A DNA stretch of 64,000 nucleotides from Gammaproteobacteria bacterium. GTDB lineage: Bacteria; Pseudomonadota; Gammaproteobacteria; Eutrophobiales; Eutrophobiaceae. The notes under the pieces were generated by a model, which saw only the letters and a program-made list of their open reading frames with translations, had not been told where the DNA came from and did no database searches. Made by a program: the position numbers and the translations under genes. Below, piece after piece: positions 49,854-60,004 of this stretch. Positions within the stretch are counted from its first letter, which is position 1; every line of letters begins with the position of its first letter. The stretch covers positions 2,496,001-2,560,000 of the forward strand of contig OZ244905.1 of the NCBI GenBank assembly GCA_965221695.1, in the 5' to 3' direction.

Positions 49854-51167
49854 ATGTCGGAATTACTGAATTCCCTCAATGATTCACTGCCCGACGGCGA
49901 GTTGGGCACGTTGCTGTCCTACCCGCCGGAGCTGCGTTTCCTGGTCGCCAAGGGCAGGGGCAGCAAATTGTACGATGAGGAGGGTAACGAATACCTGGAC
50001 CTGTTAATGGGTTCCGGCCCCTTGATCCTGGGACATTGCCACCCCGCTGTGATGGCGTCGGCCAAAGCCCAACTGGAGCGATGCTCAACCTGCTACCAGC
50101 CCACCGCATCCATTGCCGAACTGGCCGAATTGATAGTGAGCGCTTCTCCCTGCGCAGAAAAACTGCGTTTTGTAACCACCGGCGCGGAAGCTACCTATTA
50201 TGCCTTGCGGCTAGCCCGGGCCTTTACCGGACGCGAAAAGATCATCAAGTGCGCAGGCGCCTACCACGGTTGCCATGATTATTCGCTAGTAGGTTTTCTC
50301 GCCGGGGATTATGACCCTCTTGCTGCGCCGGTCAATAGCGCAGGCATTCCCGAGGGTTCAAGCCGTACCGTGCTGCTCAGCGACTTCAACGACCTGGACA
50401 TGGCGTCAGACCTTATGAAACAACATGGTGACAGCGTTGCAGCGATTATTCTGGAGCCGATACTGGGGGTGGCGCCGCCCCAAGAGGGTTTTCTCAAGGG
50501 TTTGCGGGAACTCGCGGACCAATACGGCAGCCTGCTTGTCTTCGATGAGATGATTACCGGCTTTCGCCTGGCTTGGGGTGGGGCGCAAGAGGCATTCGGC
50601 GTGGTCCCGGATCTGGCTTGCTACGGCAAGATCATTGGCGGCGGTTACCCCACCGCCGCGCTATGCGGGCGTGAGGATGTGCTTAACTTGTCTGTATTCG
50701 CAAACCGGGCGAAGTCGGATTATGTCTTGTTCAGTGGTACCTTCTATGCTAATCCTATGGCGGCCGCAGCCGGTGTCGCCACCCTGCAGGAACTGACAAA
50801 ACCCGGCGCGTTTGATCTGTTAAGCCGGGTCGGACAGTCAATCCGGGCGGGTATCAGGAATGTCATCGATAGTCTCGGGATCAGCGCTCAAGTAGTCGGT
50901 GTGGGACCGGTGTACAATATCTTTTTTACCGACCAGACTATTGTCAACCACCGACAAATTGTCGGCAGTCGCATGGACCTGAGTCGTGACTTATTATTGC
51001 GGTTGGCGCGAGAACGGGTATTGATTTCCTCATCAAAGGGCTGGTTGTCAACAGCGCACGATGAGGCTGATATTGCGCGCGCAGTGGCTGCCTATCATAA
51101 GTGTTTAACTGATATGATAGACGCTGGTCTGCTACAGACAGAGTCCGCAAATGGGAATCAAAGTTGA
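49854..51167 (+). CDS. Class III PLP aminotransferase (GSA-aminomutase-like)
   Basis: 'GNEYLDL..GSGPLILGH', 'RLARAFTGR', 'FDEMITGFR', 'PDLACYGKIIGGG'. Confidence 0.88.
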   Translation: MSELLNSLNDSLPDGELGTLLSYPPELRFLVAKGRGSKLYDEEGNEYLDLLMGSGPLILGHCHPAVMASAKAQLERCSTCYQPTASIAELAELIVSASPCAEKLRFVTTGAEATYYALRLARAFTGREKIIKCAGAYHGCHDYSLVGFLAGDYDPLAAPVNSAGIPEGSSRTVLLSDFNDLDMASDLMKQHGDSVAAIILEPILGVAPPQEGFLKGLRELADQYGSLLVFDEMITGFRLAWGGAQEAFGVVPDLACYGKIIGGGYPTAALCGREDVLNLSVFANRAKSDYVLFSGTFYANPMAAAAGVATLQELTKPGAFDLLSRVGQSIRAGIRNVIDSLGISAQVVGVGPVYNIFFTDQTIVNHRQIVGSRMDLSRDLLLRLARERVLISSSKGWLSTAHDEADIARAVAAYHKCLTDMIDAGLLQTESANGNQS

Positions 51168-51233
51168 AATCTGTTTCCTGATAACCGCTTTGAAATCTCC
51201 CGACTATACAAAACCGGATAGCCAAAGCGGGAT

Positions 51234-52997
51234 ATGACAGCCGAGATCGACCCCATAACCCTCTCCGTTGTGCAGGGCGCGCTGCAAGCAACCCAACGGG
51301 CTATGACCGCCACCATGGAAAAGACCGGACGTTCCAGCGTGTATGCAATAGCCAGAGATTATTCCAACGCCCTGTTCGATTGGGAAGCAAGGATGATCAT
51401 ACAGGGCGAGGACATTCCCACCCACCTCGGTTCAATGATTCTTGCTACCAAGGCGGTAGCCCGGTTTTTTGCGGGAGAAATCAATCCAGGAGATATCTAC
51501 CTGCACAATGACCCTACTTACGACGGTAGCCACCTGCCTGATATGTGCATGTACAAACCCCTATTCTTTGAGGATGAACTGGTCTTCTGGGTAGTAAGCA
51601 AGGGCCACATGGTGGATGTGGGCGGACCTGTGCCTGGCAGTTATAACCCCGAAGCGAAAGAGATTTTTGCAGAGGGACTACGTGTTCCGCCGATACGACT
51701 GGTTGACCGTGGTGAGCTGCGCCGTGACATATTGAATATGATCCTGACCAACTTTCGCTCGCGCAGGTTCCAGAGCGGCGATATGAATGCCCAACTGGGC
51801 GCTATTACACTAGGAGAACAACGCCTGACGGCCTTGTTGGAGCGTTACGGTAAGGCGACGATGAAGGCCTGCGTGGAAGCGTTACTGGATGCGGCGGAAG
51901 CGCATATGCGCGCAAAGATCCAAGCCTTGCCCGACGGCGCGTATCATTCCCGGGTTGTAGCGGAGGACACCGGTCATGGCCGTGGCGACCAGATTTTGGA
52001 AGCGGAGATCGAGGCGCTTGGAGATGAACTGAAGATCAGGCTCATGTCTCCTCCACAACTGGATTTTTTCACCAACTCGTACCGTTCAAATACCTTGTCC
52101 GGCGTCTATGCCGGATTGTTGATGTGGGCGCAGACACAACCGCCGTTCAACGAAGGATTATACCGCCCGGTCAGCGTGGATTTCGGACCTGAAGGGTCCA
52201 TGCTCAACGCCCGTGAACCTGCTCCTCATGTCAACTGCACCGGCGGGCCGCAAGAAACTATTTGCGACCTGATCCGTACTGGTCTTAATCAGATTGACTC
52301 GACACATGCCGTTGCCGGCTGGAACCATACCTGGGCTTTTAATATTGCCGGAACGCGCCCGGAAAATGACGAACCTTACCTGGACCTGTTGATATCGTCC
52401 TTAATCGGGGGTGCAGGCGCGGTTAACAACCTGGCCGATGGCTGGCATGCTATCGGCGCCCAGGCCGGTCTTGGCGGGGCGCAAATCGGCGATACCGAAC
52501 TGGTCGAACTTCTGGCGCCGATTATCGTGACAAGGCTGGAATTGGCAGTGGATTCCGGGATGCCAGGAAGGTGGCGCGGCGGATGCGGTCTGGTTACGGA
52601 GATAGAGCCCATCGATCATGACATGACAGTGATTGCCTGGGGAGAGGGCGCTCATCATCCTCCACCCTCTGTGGGCGAGGCGCGTTGCCACCCGGAGCTG
52701 GCAGGCCCCAAAGTGGCCCGGGGCTGGCATATCAGAGACGGTGAAATACTTCATGAAGTAAACCGCAACCAAGTATTGTCCATCAAACCGGGAGAGTGTT
52801 ATCGCAGCCAGACTTCCGGCGGCGGCGGCGCGGGAGATCCGTTTACGCGCCCGCCGGAAGCGGTGCGCGATGACGTGGTTAACAAAAAAGTGTCGCTGCA
52901 AGGCGCAAAACTGGAGTACGGAGTAAAACTGCATCCTGAGACATTTGAAATTGATTCTGCCGGCACCGCATTGTTACGAAGGGAAAAGAGAAAATGA
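51234..52997 (+). CDS. Hydantoinase B/oxoprolinase family subunit
   Basis: 'HNDPTYDGSHLPD', 'HMVDVGGPVPGS', 'EGLRVPP', 'DSGMPGRWRGG', 'GGGGAGDP'. Confidence 0.9.
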   Translation: MTAEIDPITLSVVQGALQATQRAMTATMEKTGRSSVYAIARDYSNALFDWEARMIIQGEDIPTHLGSMILATKAVARFFAGEINPGDIYLHNDPTYDGSHLPDMCMYKPLFFEDELVFWVVSKGHMVDVGGPVPGSYNPEAKEIFAEGLRVPPIRLVDRGELRRDILNMILTNFRSRRFQSGDMNAQLGAITLGEQRLTALLERYGKATMKACVEALLDAAEAHMRAKIQALPDGAYHSRVVAEDTGHGRGDQILEAEIEALGDELKIRLMSPPQLDFFTNSYRSNTLSGVYAGLLMWAQTQPPFNEGLYRPVSVDFGPEGSMLNAREPAPHVNCTGGPQETICDLIRTGLNQIDSTHAVAGWNHTWAFNIAGTRPENDEPYLDLLISSLIGGAGAVNNLADGWHAIGAQAGLGGAQIGDTELVELLAPIIVTRLELAVDSGMPGRWRGGCGLVTEIEPIDHDMTVIAWGEGAHHPPPSVGEARCHPELAGPKVARGWHIRDGEILHEVNRNQVLSIKPGECYRSQTSGGGGAGDPFTRPPEAVRDDVVNKKVSLQGAKLEYGVKLHPETFEIDSAGTALLRREKRK

Positions 52998-55060
52998 ATT
53001 ACCGTATCGGTGTTGACGCTGGTGGCACCTTTACGGATTTTGTCGCCCTAGCGGATGACGGTTCGATAATGGTTCATAAAACGCCGTCAGACCCGCTCAA
53101 TCCAGTCTCCGTGATGCTGAACGGATTGGCAGGACTGGCCGGCAAGGCCGATATGGCATTTCCGGACTTTATCGGTCGCTGCGCGGCGCTGGTGCATGGC
53201 AGCACTATCGCGCTGAATACCCTCATCCAACGTAACGGCGCCAGGACCGGACTGCTGGCGACTGTCGGTCACGAGGACTCCCTGGAGCTTAGGTTGGGCC
53301 ATAAGGAAGATGGCCATCGTTGGGACTTTCGTTATCCCCCGGCAGATATGATCGTGCCGGCGCAACGCCGCCTTGGGGTGAAGGAGCGTATGATTGCCGG
53401 CGGCAAGGTACGCATCCCGTTGGATGAAGCCCAACTGGAAGAACAACTGGAAAGAATGGCTCTGGAAGGGGTGGAGGCTCTTGCTATTTCCTGTCTTTGG
53501 TCTGTCGCTAATGACAGTCACGAAAGAAAAATTCTGGAGAAGGCAAGAAGTCGTCTGCCGGACTGCTTCGTCACCGCTTCGGTGGATGTCCTGCCCAGGC
53601 CAGGCGAATATACCCGCACCAGCACAACTGCGGCGAATGCCTATATAGGACCGATAATGGATCGCTATCTCTCAGAGATTGAAAACGCGCTTGTCCAGCA
53701 CGGTTATGTGGGCAGGTTGTATATTATGCAGTCCAACGGTGGTGTTGCCACGCCTGAGATAGTCAGGCAACGGCCGGTCACCGCGCTGAATTCGGGTCCG
53801 GCAGCGGGTCCGGTCTCGGCGCTCTGGTACGGGCGTGAACTGGGCCATGAAAACGTTATTTCCATTGATATGGGCGGCACCAGTTTCGACGTAAGTCTGG
53901 CGCGCAACGGCCTGCCGGATGTCATCGATAAGGCTGACGTTGCTCGTATCCGGGTTGGTTTGCCTATGGTTAACGTGACCAGTATCGGCGCCGGTGGTGG
54001 CAGTATTGCGCGCTTGGATGAACGCGGCATACTGCAAGTCGGCCCTGATAGCGCCGAGGCCAACCCGGGGCCAGCCTGTTATATGCGGGGCGGTACACAG
54101 CCGACAGTGACCGATGCGCTAGTAATGGCGGGTTACTTCCCGGATACTGGGCTGCTGGGTGGCAGGATGAAAATCGATAAAAACCTTGCCCACCAGGCAA
54201 TCCTGAAGCACATTGTCATACCCGCCGGTATCGACCTGTGCCGCGCCGCGCACGGAATTATCGAGGTCACCTCAAAAAATATGGTGGAAGGTATACGCAT
54301 TGCCTCCATTGAACGGGGCTATGATCCCCGGGATTACCTGCTGGTTGCTGGCGGCGGCGCTGGGCCTGCTTTCGCTGCCATGCTGGCTCGAGAACTTGGT
54401 ATTGAAAAAGTGTTGGTTCCAGCCACAGCCGGCGCGCTCTGCGCTATGGGCGAGGCGACTGCTAATCTGCGCTATGATGCCATTCGCGCCTGCCCCGCGC
54501 GCCTGGCCGAGCTGTCCATCGACCTGGTTGACCGCCTGTTTAACGATATGGAGGAAGAAGGAAAGTCAGCGCTGGGAGTAGGAAGGCGCGGCGCGGTGCG
54601 GGTCGAGCGCAGCGCGGAAATGAAATATGTGGACCAGATCCATTATTGTGACGTCCAAGCGCCCGTCGGCGCAATGGATGCGAACAAACTGACCCTGCTG
54701 CGAGAAAATTTTCACCGGCGACACAAAGAACTTTATACCTATTCGGAACCGGAAAATGAACCGGAAATCGTTTCTTTAAGAACCAGTATTGTCGTAGACA
54801 CTTCGGCGCCGACGTTTGCCCGAGGCGATACAGCAAGGCCTGAAGTAACGCTCAAACCGCAGGAGACCAGAAACGTGATCATGCCGGATACACGCGAATT
54901 CAGACCCACCCCCATTTACCGGAATATGGGACGCTCCGCTGGTTTTTCCCTTCAGGGTCCAGCCGTGATCGAAGAGGAGACCACGACTGTCTTTATTCCT
55001 CCAGGGGATACCGTTCGCTACGACCCGGCCGGTTATTACCTTCTCGAAGTTGGCAAGTGA
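52994..55060 (+). CDS. Hydantoinase/oxoprolinase family subunit A
   Basis: 'IGVDAGGTFTD', 'SGPAAGP', 'DMGGTSFD', 'GAGGGS', 'GGGAGP'. Confidence 0.9.
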   Translation: MNYRIGVDAGGTFTDFVALADDGSIMVHKTPSDPLNPVSVMLNGLAGLAGKADMAFPDFIGRCAALVHGSTIALNTLIQRNGARTGLLATVGHEDSLELRLGHKEDGHRWDFRYPPADMIVPAQRRLGVKERMIAGGKVRIPLDEAQLEEQLERMALEGVEALAISCLWSVANDSHERKILEKARSRLPDCFVTASVDVLPRPGEYTRTSTTAANAYIGPIMDRYLSEIENALVQHGYVGRLYIMQSNGGVATPEIVRQRPVTALNSGPAAGPVSALWYGRELGHENVISIDMGGTSFDVSLARNGLPDVIDKADVARIRVGLPMVNVTSIGAGGGSIARLDERGILQVGPDSAEANPGPACYMRGGTQPTVTDALVMAGYFPDTGLLGGRMKIDKNLAHQAILKHIVIPAGIDLCRAAHGIIEVTSKNMVEGIRIASIERGYDPRDYLLVAGGGAGPAFAAMLARELGIEKVLVPATAGALCAMGEATANLRYDAIRACPARLAELSIDLVDRLFNDMEEEGKSALGVGRRGAVRVERSAEMKYVDQIHYCDVQAPVGAMDANKLTLLRENFHRRHKELYTYSEPENEPEIVSLRTSIVVDTSAPTFARGDTARPEVTLKPQETRNVIMPDTREFRPTPIYRNMGRSAGFSLQGPAVIEEETTTVFIPPGDTVRYDPAGYYLLEVGK

Positions 55061-55133
55061 GTATTGCTAACAGGCTGCGCGCCTTAGAAAATTGAACCTG
55101 TTTTATTTTACCGAGATTCGATAATATGATCCC

Positions 55134-56363
55134 ATGAAAATATCCATGTTCCACCTGATGCCCTACCGGGAGTTGCCGGAGGGGTTCGAGAAGACCTATC
55201 CTTCGTCCTGGTTCACGCTGCCTTTTCCCAAGGTGGCCGATGCCGGCAAGGCCGCCCAGTACTACAACTGGACCCTGGATGAGCTGCAATATGCCGCCGA
55301 AGCAGGGTTTGACGGTGTCTGCACCAACGAGCACCACCAGAACGCCTACGGTTTCATGGTCAACCCCAACATGATGGGTTCCGTGCTGGCGCGTGCGACC
55401 CGCGGAACCAACACTGCCATCATCCAGATGGGAGAGACGGCCGTTTTCCTCAATCCACCCATCCGCGTCGCCGAAGAATACGCGATGCTGGACTGCATCA
55501 GCGAAGGCCGCATGGTCGCCGGTTTCCCGGTGGGCCTGGGCGGTGATTTTGCCCACAGTTACGGTTTTGCGCCCATGGAACAACGGGGGCGTTACCGCGA
55601 GGCTCATGAACTGATCACAAAGGCCTGGCAGGCGGAAGAAGTGTTCTCCTGGAACGGCAAGTACTACCAGCTACCGATGGTCAGCGTCTGGCCTCGCCCG
55701 GTGCAAAAACCCCATCCGCCCATCTGGGTGCCGGGAAACGCCAGCCCCAGCACCTGGGATTTTGTGCTGAAAAATGATTATTGCTATTGCTACCTGACCT
55801 ATTTCGGGGCCAAAGGGGCGGACAAGACCGTCGGCGGCTACTGGAAGCGGGCCGCGGAACTGGGCCGGGACAACAACCCCTACCGGCTCGGCTACCTGAT
55901 CCCCGTCGGGGTCGCTGAGACCGACGCGGCCGCGGACGAGATTTACGCAAGACACATCGAATATTTCTACCACAAGCTGCTGCACATCCCCGAGGCGTTG
56001 TTCATGCCGCCCGGGCACATGACTCACAGCAGCTTGAGTTACCTGATTACTAAAAAGCCGTTGCCGCCATTCGACACGCTGAAAAAGAGCAGTTACAAGG
56101 ACTTCAAGGAGAACGAGTACCTGGTGACCGGCAGCGCCGCGAGTGTGACGGAGCAACTGCTGGGCATCGTCAAGCGCCTGCGGGTCGGCAACCTGATGCT
56201 GTTGCCGCATTTCGGCTCCATGTCTCACGAGGAGTCGATGGAAAATATCGGCCGGCTGGCCAACGATGTGCTGCCACACCTGCGCGGTGTCTGGGATGAC
56301 GAAGGTTGGGAAAACCACTGGTGGCCGGAAAACTGCAAACAAACCGTCCGGCAGGCGGCCTGA
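55134..56363 (+). CDS. LLM class (luciferase-like) flavin-dependent oxidoreductase
   Basis: 'GFDGVCTNEHHQ', 'PIRVAEEYAMLD.ISEGR', 'PRPVQKPHPPIW'. Confidence 0.88.
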   Translation: MKISMFHLMPYRELPEGFEKTYPSSWFTLPFPKVADAGKAAQYYNWTLDELQYAAEAGFDGVCTNEHHQNAYGFMVNPNMMGSVLARATRGTNTAIIQMGETAVFLNPPIRVAEEYAMLDCISEGRMVAGFPVGLGGDFAHSYGFAPMEQRGRYREAHELITKAWQAEEVFSWNGKYYQLPMVSVWPRPVQKPHPPIWVPGNASPSTWDFVLKNDYCYCYLTYFGAKGADKTVGGYWKRAAELGRDNNPYRLGYLIPVGVAETDAAADEIYARHIEYFYHKLLHIPEALFMPPGHMTHSSLSYLITKKPLPPFDTLKKSSYKDFKENEYLVTGSAASVTEQLLGIVKRLRVGNLMLLPHFGSMSHEESMENIGRLANDVLPHLRGVWDDEGWENHWWPENCKQTVRQAA

Positions 56364-56374
56364 GCGAAAGCGCG

Positions 56375-57175
56375 ATGGCCGATATCCACAACAAAACCGT
56401 GTCCGTCCTGGGCGGGCTGCTCGACCTCAGGGTGGATGTCGCGGGTTCGGGCGAGCCACTGGTTTTCCTGCATGCCGCCAGCGGCTTGAACTGGGACCCG
56501 TTTCTGCACGGACTGGCTGAAAAGTATACGGTCTATGCGCCTTATTTTCCCGGCGCCTACCCCGGCGAACCGAATGATATAGACCATGTTGAAGACCTGT
56601 GGGACGCGGTATTGGCCTATGACGATATGCTCAGCGGACTGGGAATCGAATCAGCGCTTCTTATCGGCCATTCCTTCGGCGGCATGCTGGCCGCTGAACT
56701 GGCCGCGCACCGGCCCGAACGCATCAGCAGACTGGCGCTGATAGCGCCCATCGGCCTCTGGCACAAGGACTGGCCTTACACCGTCGCCGACTGGACTGCC
56801 AAGGACGCGCAACAACTGGCCGCCGCACTGTTCCACAACACCGCCTCCGAGCTGGTGCAGGCCGCACTGACCCAGCCCGATGACGAGGCCGAGGCCGCAG
56901 AGGGTCTGGTGCAATTCCTTTGGACCCTGGGCTGCACCGCCAAGGTGATCTGGCCCATCCCGGACAAGGGACTGAACAAACGCATCCACCGGATCAGCGC
57001 GCCCACCCTCGTGGTCTGGGGAGAAAACGACGCGTTAATTCCGCCCGCTTACGCGGAGATTTTTTCCACGTCCATCAAACAAGCCGAAACCTGCATGATC
57101 CCCAACTGCGGCCATGTTCCCCCCCTGGAACAACTGGACGCGCTCAACAACGCAGTAAACCGGTTCCTCGGTTAA
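56375..57175 (+). CDS. Alpha/beta fold hydrolase
   Basis: 'GEPLVFLH', 'GHSFGG', 'PTLVVWGENDALI', 'CGHVP'. Confidence 0.88.
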   Translation: MADIHNKTVSVLGGLLDLRVDVAGSGEPLVFLHAASGLNWDPFLHGLAEKYTVYAPYFPGAYPGEPNDIDHVEDLWDAVLAYDDMLSGLGIESALLIGHSFGGMLAAELAAHRPERISRLALIAPIGLWHKDWPYTVADWTAKDAQQLAAALFHNTASELVQAALTQPDDEAEAAEGLVQFLWTLGCTAKVIWPIPDKGLNKRIHRISAPTLVVWGENDALIPPAYAEIFSTSIKQAETCMIPNCGHVPPLEQLDALNNAVNRFLG

Positions 57176-57244
57176 CAACCAGACCCGAATCTCCACCTGA
57201 CCGAACTCTCTGGAGCAGGGGTGAAAACCCATAGGAAAATTTCA

Positions 57245-57273
57245 TTGACAATTCGGGAAAAAATCCCGATATT
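57245..57273 (+). promoter_or_regulatory. sigma70 promoter with a palindrome in the spacer
   Basis: TTGACA-17-GATATT; TCGGGA-AAAAA-TCCCGA spans the spacer. Confidence 0.55.
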
Positions 57274-57303
57274 GCAAACTTGCTTCTTGAAACTGGAGGG
57301 GAG

Positions 57304-57774
57304 ATGATGAAATTTCTTAAACTGGCGGTATTGACCCTGTTGTTGTGCGCAGCATCGCTATGGGCTGAAGAGAAGCGTCACGGCCCGTCGGCTATCGAGG
57401 TGAAAGTAAGCCTGGGCAACGCCGATGAAGAAATGAAGTTCATCCCGGACACCCTTTCCTTTGAACGGGGTAAATACTACAAACTGGTGTTGCACAATCC
57501 CAGTTCGGACGACCATTATTTTACCTCTGATGCCTTCACGACCCGCATCTTTACCAGGAAAGTGGAGGTTGCGGACAGTTCAGGCAAGACCGTCACGGAA
57601 ATCCACGGCGCGGTGTCCGATATAGAAGTCAAACCCGGCGCCACCGTCGAATGGTTCTTTTATCCGATGACCAAGGGCAGCAACCTGAAACTGTACTGCC
57701 ACAAAGACGGCCACGAACAACAAGGCATGGTCGGGACCATCAACATCAGCGGTCCGCCGCCATTCAGTAACTGA
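57304..57774 (+). CDS. Periplasmic cupredoxin-like copper-binding protein
   Basis: Signal peptide; type-1 Cu ligand pattern 'H...C...GH...GM.G' ('LYCHKDGHEQQGMVG'). Confidence 0.8.
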   Translation: MMKFLKLAVLTLLLCAASLWAEEKRHGPSAIEVKVSLGNADEEMKFIPDTLSFERGKYYKLVLHNPSSDDHYFTSDAFTTRIFTRKVEVADSSGKTVTEIHGAVSDIEVKPGATVEWFFYPMTKGSNLKLYCHKDGHEQQGMVGTINISGPPPFSN

Positions 57775-57775
57775 T

Positions 57776-58017
57776 TACGTCTTCCCCTGAAGACAGACCT
57801 GACTGAAACAACAGATCCATTCCGGCAGGTTTGATACGTTTGAGCTGTGAATAGTGAAGTCGGCATTATGGCTGCCGAATTGGCGGATTTTCATGGCGAC
57901 CCGGCAGACCGGCTGATTGCAGCGACGGCCATTTGCAATTCAGCAACCCTGTTTACAGCCGATAAGAATATTCTGAGCTGGAAGGGAAATTTATTATGTC
58001 AAAATGCGGCGATCTAA
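57776..58017 (+). pseudogene. PIN-domain (VapC) toxin relic
   Basis: 57844-58017 translates AVNSEVGIMAAELADFHGDPADRLIAATA...TADKNIL; upstream part is frameshifted or stopped; no N-terminus. Confidence 0.7.
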
Positions 58018-58400
58018 CTCGCCAGGGATGCCAGCGCTTCTGTTCGGTCCGAGCAGATGTGCATGTTCGCAACTAAACCGCCGACCGAGAAAACATTGTG
58101 CACGGGCTTGCTGAGTGAACACAAGCGGAATTGGCGGTCCTGCTTCTCCAACTCTTTGGCGGCGACCAGCGCTACGCGCAGCCCGGCGCTGCTGATGTAC
58201 GAGACCGCCTGCATGTCCAGAATCATCGCGCCGCTGCTTTCGCTGATCAGTTTGCGCATTGCCAATTCAAAGGCGATCGCATTGAAGTTATCGAGTCTCA
58301 TGGTCCCACCAAGACCCGGTGTCGCAATCGTTGCCGCCGCTTCGTGTTCCGCGTGCAGGTCCATTCCCGTTTCCTCCGGATTGCGCGCTTGTGAATTCAT
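58014..58400 (-). CDS. STAS domain anti-sigma factor antagonist
   Basis: 'LDMQAVSYISSAGLRV', 'V..VFSVGG'. Confidence 0.85.
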   Translation of the reverse strand: MNSQARNPEETGMDLHAEHEAAATIATPGLGGTMRLDNFNAIAFELAMRKLISESSGAMILDMQAVSYISSAGLRVALVAAKELEKQDRQFRLCSLSKPVHNVFSVGGLVANMHICSDRTEALASLAS

Positions 58401-58415
58401 AATACAAACTCCTTA

Positions 58416-59792
58416 TCAGGTAGCGCTGCGATCGCCCGCAGTCACCAAATAGTTAGAGAAGGAGCCGAGTTTTTCGCATGTCTCCTCGTACTCCCGCGAT
58501 GGTTTGGACAGGTTCATGATGCCGGCGCCTGCTTGTAGCCAGGTCTTTTCCTTATTCCGGAAAAGTGTTCTGAGTACCAGCGCGCCGTCGAGCATACCGT
58601 TGTCGTCTGCTACGAAAACGCAGCCGCTGTAGAGCCGGCGAGGGGCAGGTTCCAGCCTTCCGATAGCATCTACAGCTTCCCGTTTCGGGACGCCGGATGC
58701 CGTCACCGCAGGGAACAGCGCGCAGAACGCATGCCATGGGTTGCAGCCGTCCAGCAGTTCGCCTTGCAGGCGGGACGCCAGGTGCTGCACCGTACCCCGT
58801 AGCGCAACGAGCATGAACTCCGTGACCCGGACCGTTTCCGGATCGCATACCATGGTCATCTCATCGAAGGAAAGGTATACGGAAATCGCATGCTCGGCGA
58901 TCTCCTTGGCGTCGCTGACAAGGTCTTCGCGCAGCCGCAGCGTCTCGGCGACATCGTTCGACATTGCGCGGGTACCTGCAAGAGGAGTCGTGAATACCTT
59001 GCCGTCATAGACTTCGACAACGGTTTCCGGACTCAGCCCGACCGCCCTGGCGCCGTCCAGGGACACGGCGTAGGAGCGCGCAGGCGTGTTTGCCGCCCGC
59101 GCCTTCAGATAACTTGCCGGCAGGTCAACATGCCCTGGCAGTTCCACGGGTCGAGAAAGAATCACCTTGCGATACTGGTGCGAGGTGATGTCCTTTAATG
59201 CGTTCGTGACCATATCCTCGTACTGGCGCTTGGATTCGGAGTCAACCACCGTCATATCCAGCGCCGGTCCTTTGACCCTGTCGCGAAGCGCCAAAGCTGC
59301 TCCGCTCCGGTCATCAACGGCCGCATTGAAGTCGGCGCGCAGCGAGTCGAGAGTGTCTGGATCCAGCGCCCGCAACAGAACCGACCCGGGCGTAAACCTT
59401 GCTTCGGCCTCGGGGATGAACATGCGCATCAGCGGCCGGTCCGCATCTGCCAGCGCCAGCCCGAAGAGGTGCCGAGACAACTCGAAATCCGCCACGCCAT
59501 AAACGCGCCAGTCAGCTATGTCGATCTGCGCCAATGCGGTCGCCACGGTACTGCCGAAATCCTCATTCGGAAAGCTCCGCTGGTCATCGGTAGTGTGCAG
59601 CACGGCCTTGTCTTCGTAGACCATCAGGTTGGCGTGGGAACCTAATCCGAGCATGATTTCCTGGTTGCACTCGTAGAGCAGGTGATGGTCACTCCACCGA
59701 TCTGCTTCGGCCATCAGGATAGCGGTTTCAATCGGGTCGCCGTCGAAGGGCAACCTCATCTCAAAATACGTGCGTGCGCCGGGCTTCGCCAT
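58416..59792 (-). CDS. Salicylate synthase (Irp9/MbtI-like chorismate-binding enzyme)
   Basis: 'YRKVILSR', 'NTPARSY', 'SPETVVEV', 'PLAGTRA', 'KEIAEHAISV', 'FPAVTASGVPK', 'AGAGI', 'REYEETCEKL'. Confidence 0.82.
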   Translation of the reverse strand: MAKPGARTYFEMRLPFDGDPIETAILMAEADRWSDHHLLYECNQEIMLGLGSHANLMVYEDKAVLHTTDDQRSFPNEDFGSTVATALAQIDIADWRVYGVADFELSRHLFGLALADADRPLMRMFIPEAEARFTPGSVLLRALDPDTLDSLRADFNAAVDDRSGAALALRDRVKGPALDMTVVDSESKRQYEDMVTNALKDITSHQYRKVILSRPVELPGHVDLPASYLKARAANTPARSYAVSLDGARAVGLSPETVVEVYDGKVFTTPLAGTRAMSNDVAETLRLREDLVSDAKEIAEHAISVYLSFDEMTMVCDPETVRVTEFMLVALRGTVQHLASRLQGELLDGCNPWHAFCALFPAVTASGVPKREAVDAIGRLEPAPRRLYSGCVFVADDNGMLDGALVLRTLFRNKEKTWLQAGAGIMNLSKPSREYEETCEKLGSFSNYLVTAGDRSAT

Positions 59793-60004
59793 AGTTTTTC
59801 CTTTTATCGTCTCCGATCGATAGTGGGACTCAGTGTAACACAGTTACAGTTTCAGCCAACCCATTTGCAACGCCCATTTGCAATGTGGCAACTTGTTTTA
59901 AGCCGATATGAATATAATGAACTGCAAGGAAAATTTATCATGTCACAATGTAGCGCCCTACTTGAAAGTCCAAACCTTGAGGCTATAATAATTATTCAGG
60001 TAGA

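Noticed and set aside
49854-51167. Naming this gene hemL
   Set aside because: GSA-aminomutase-like, but it diverges at hemL-typical motifs and sits in a catabolic operon
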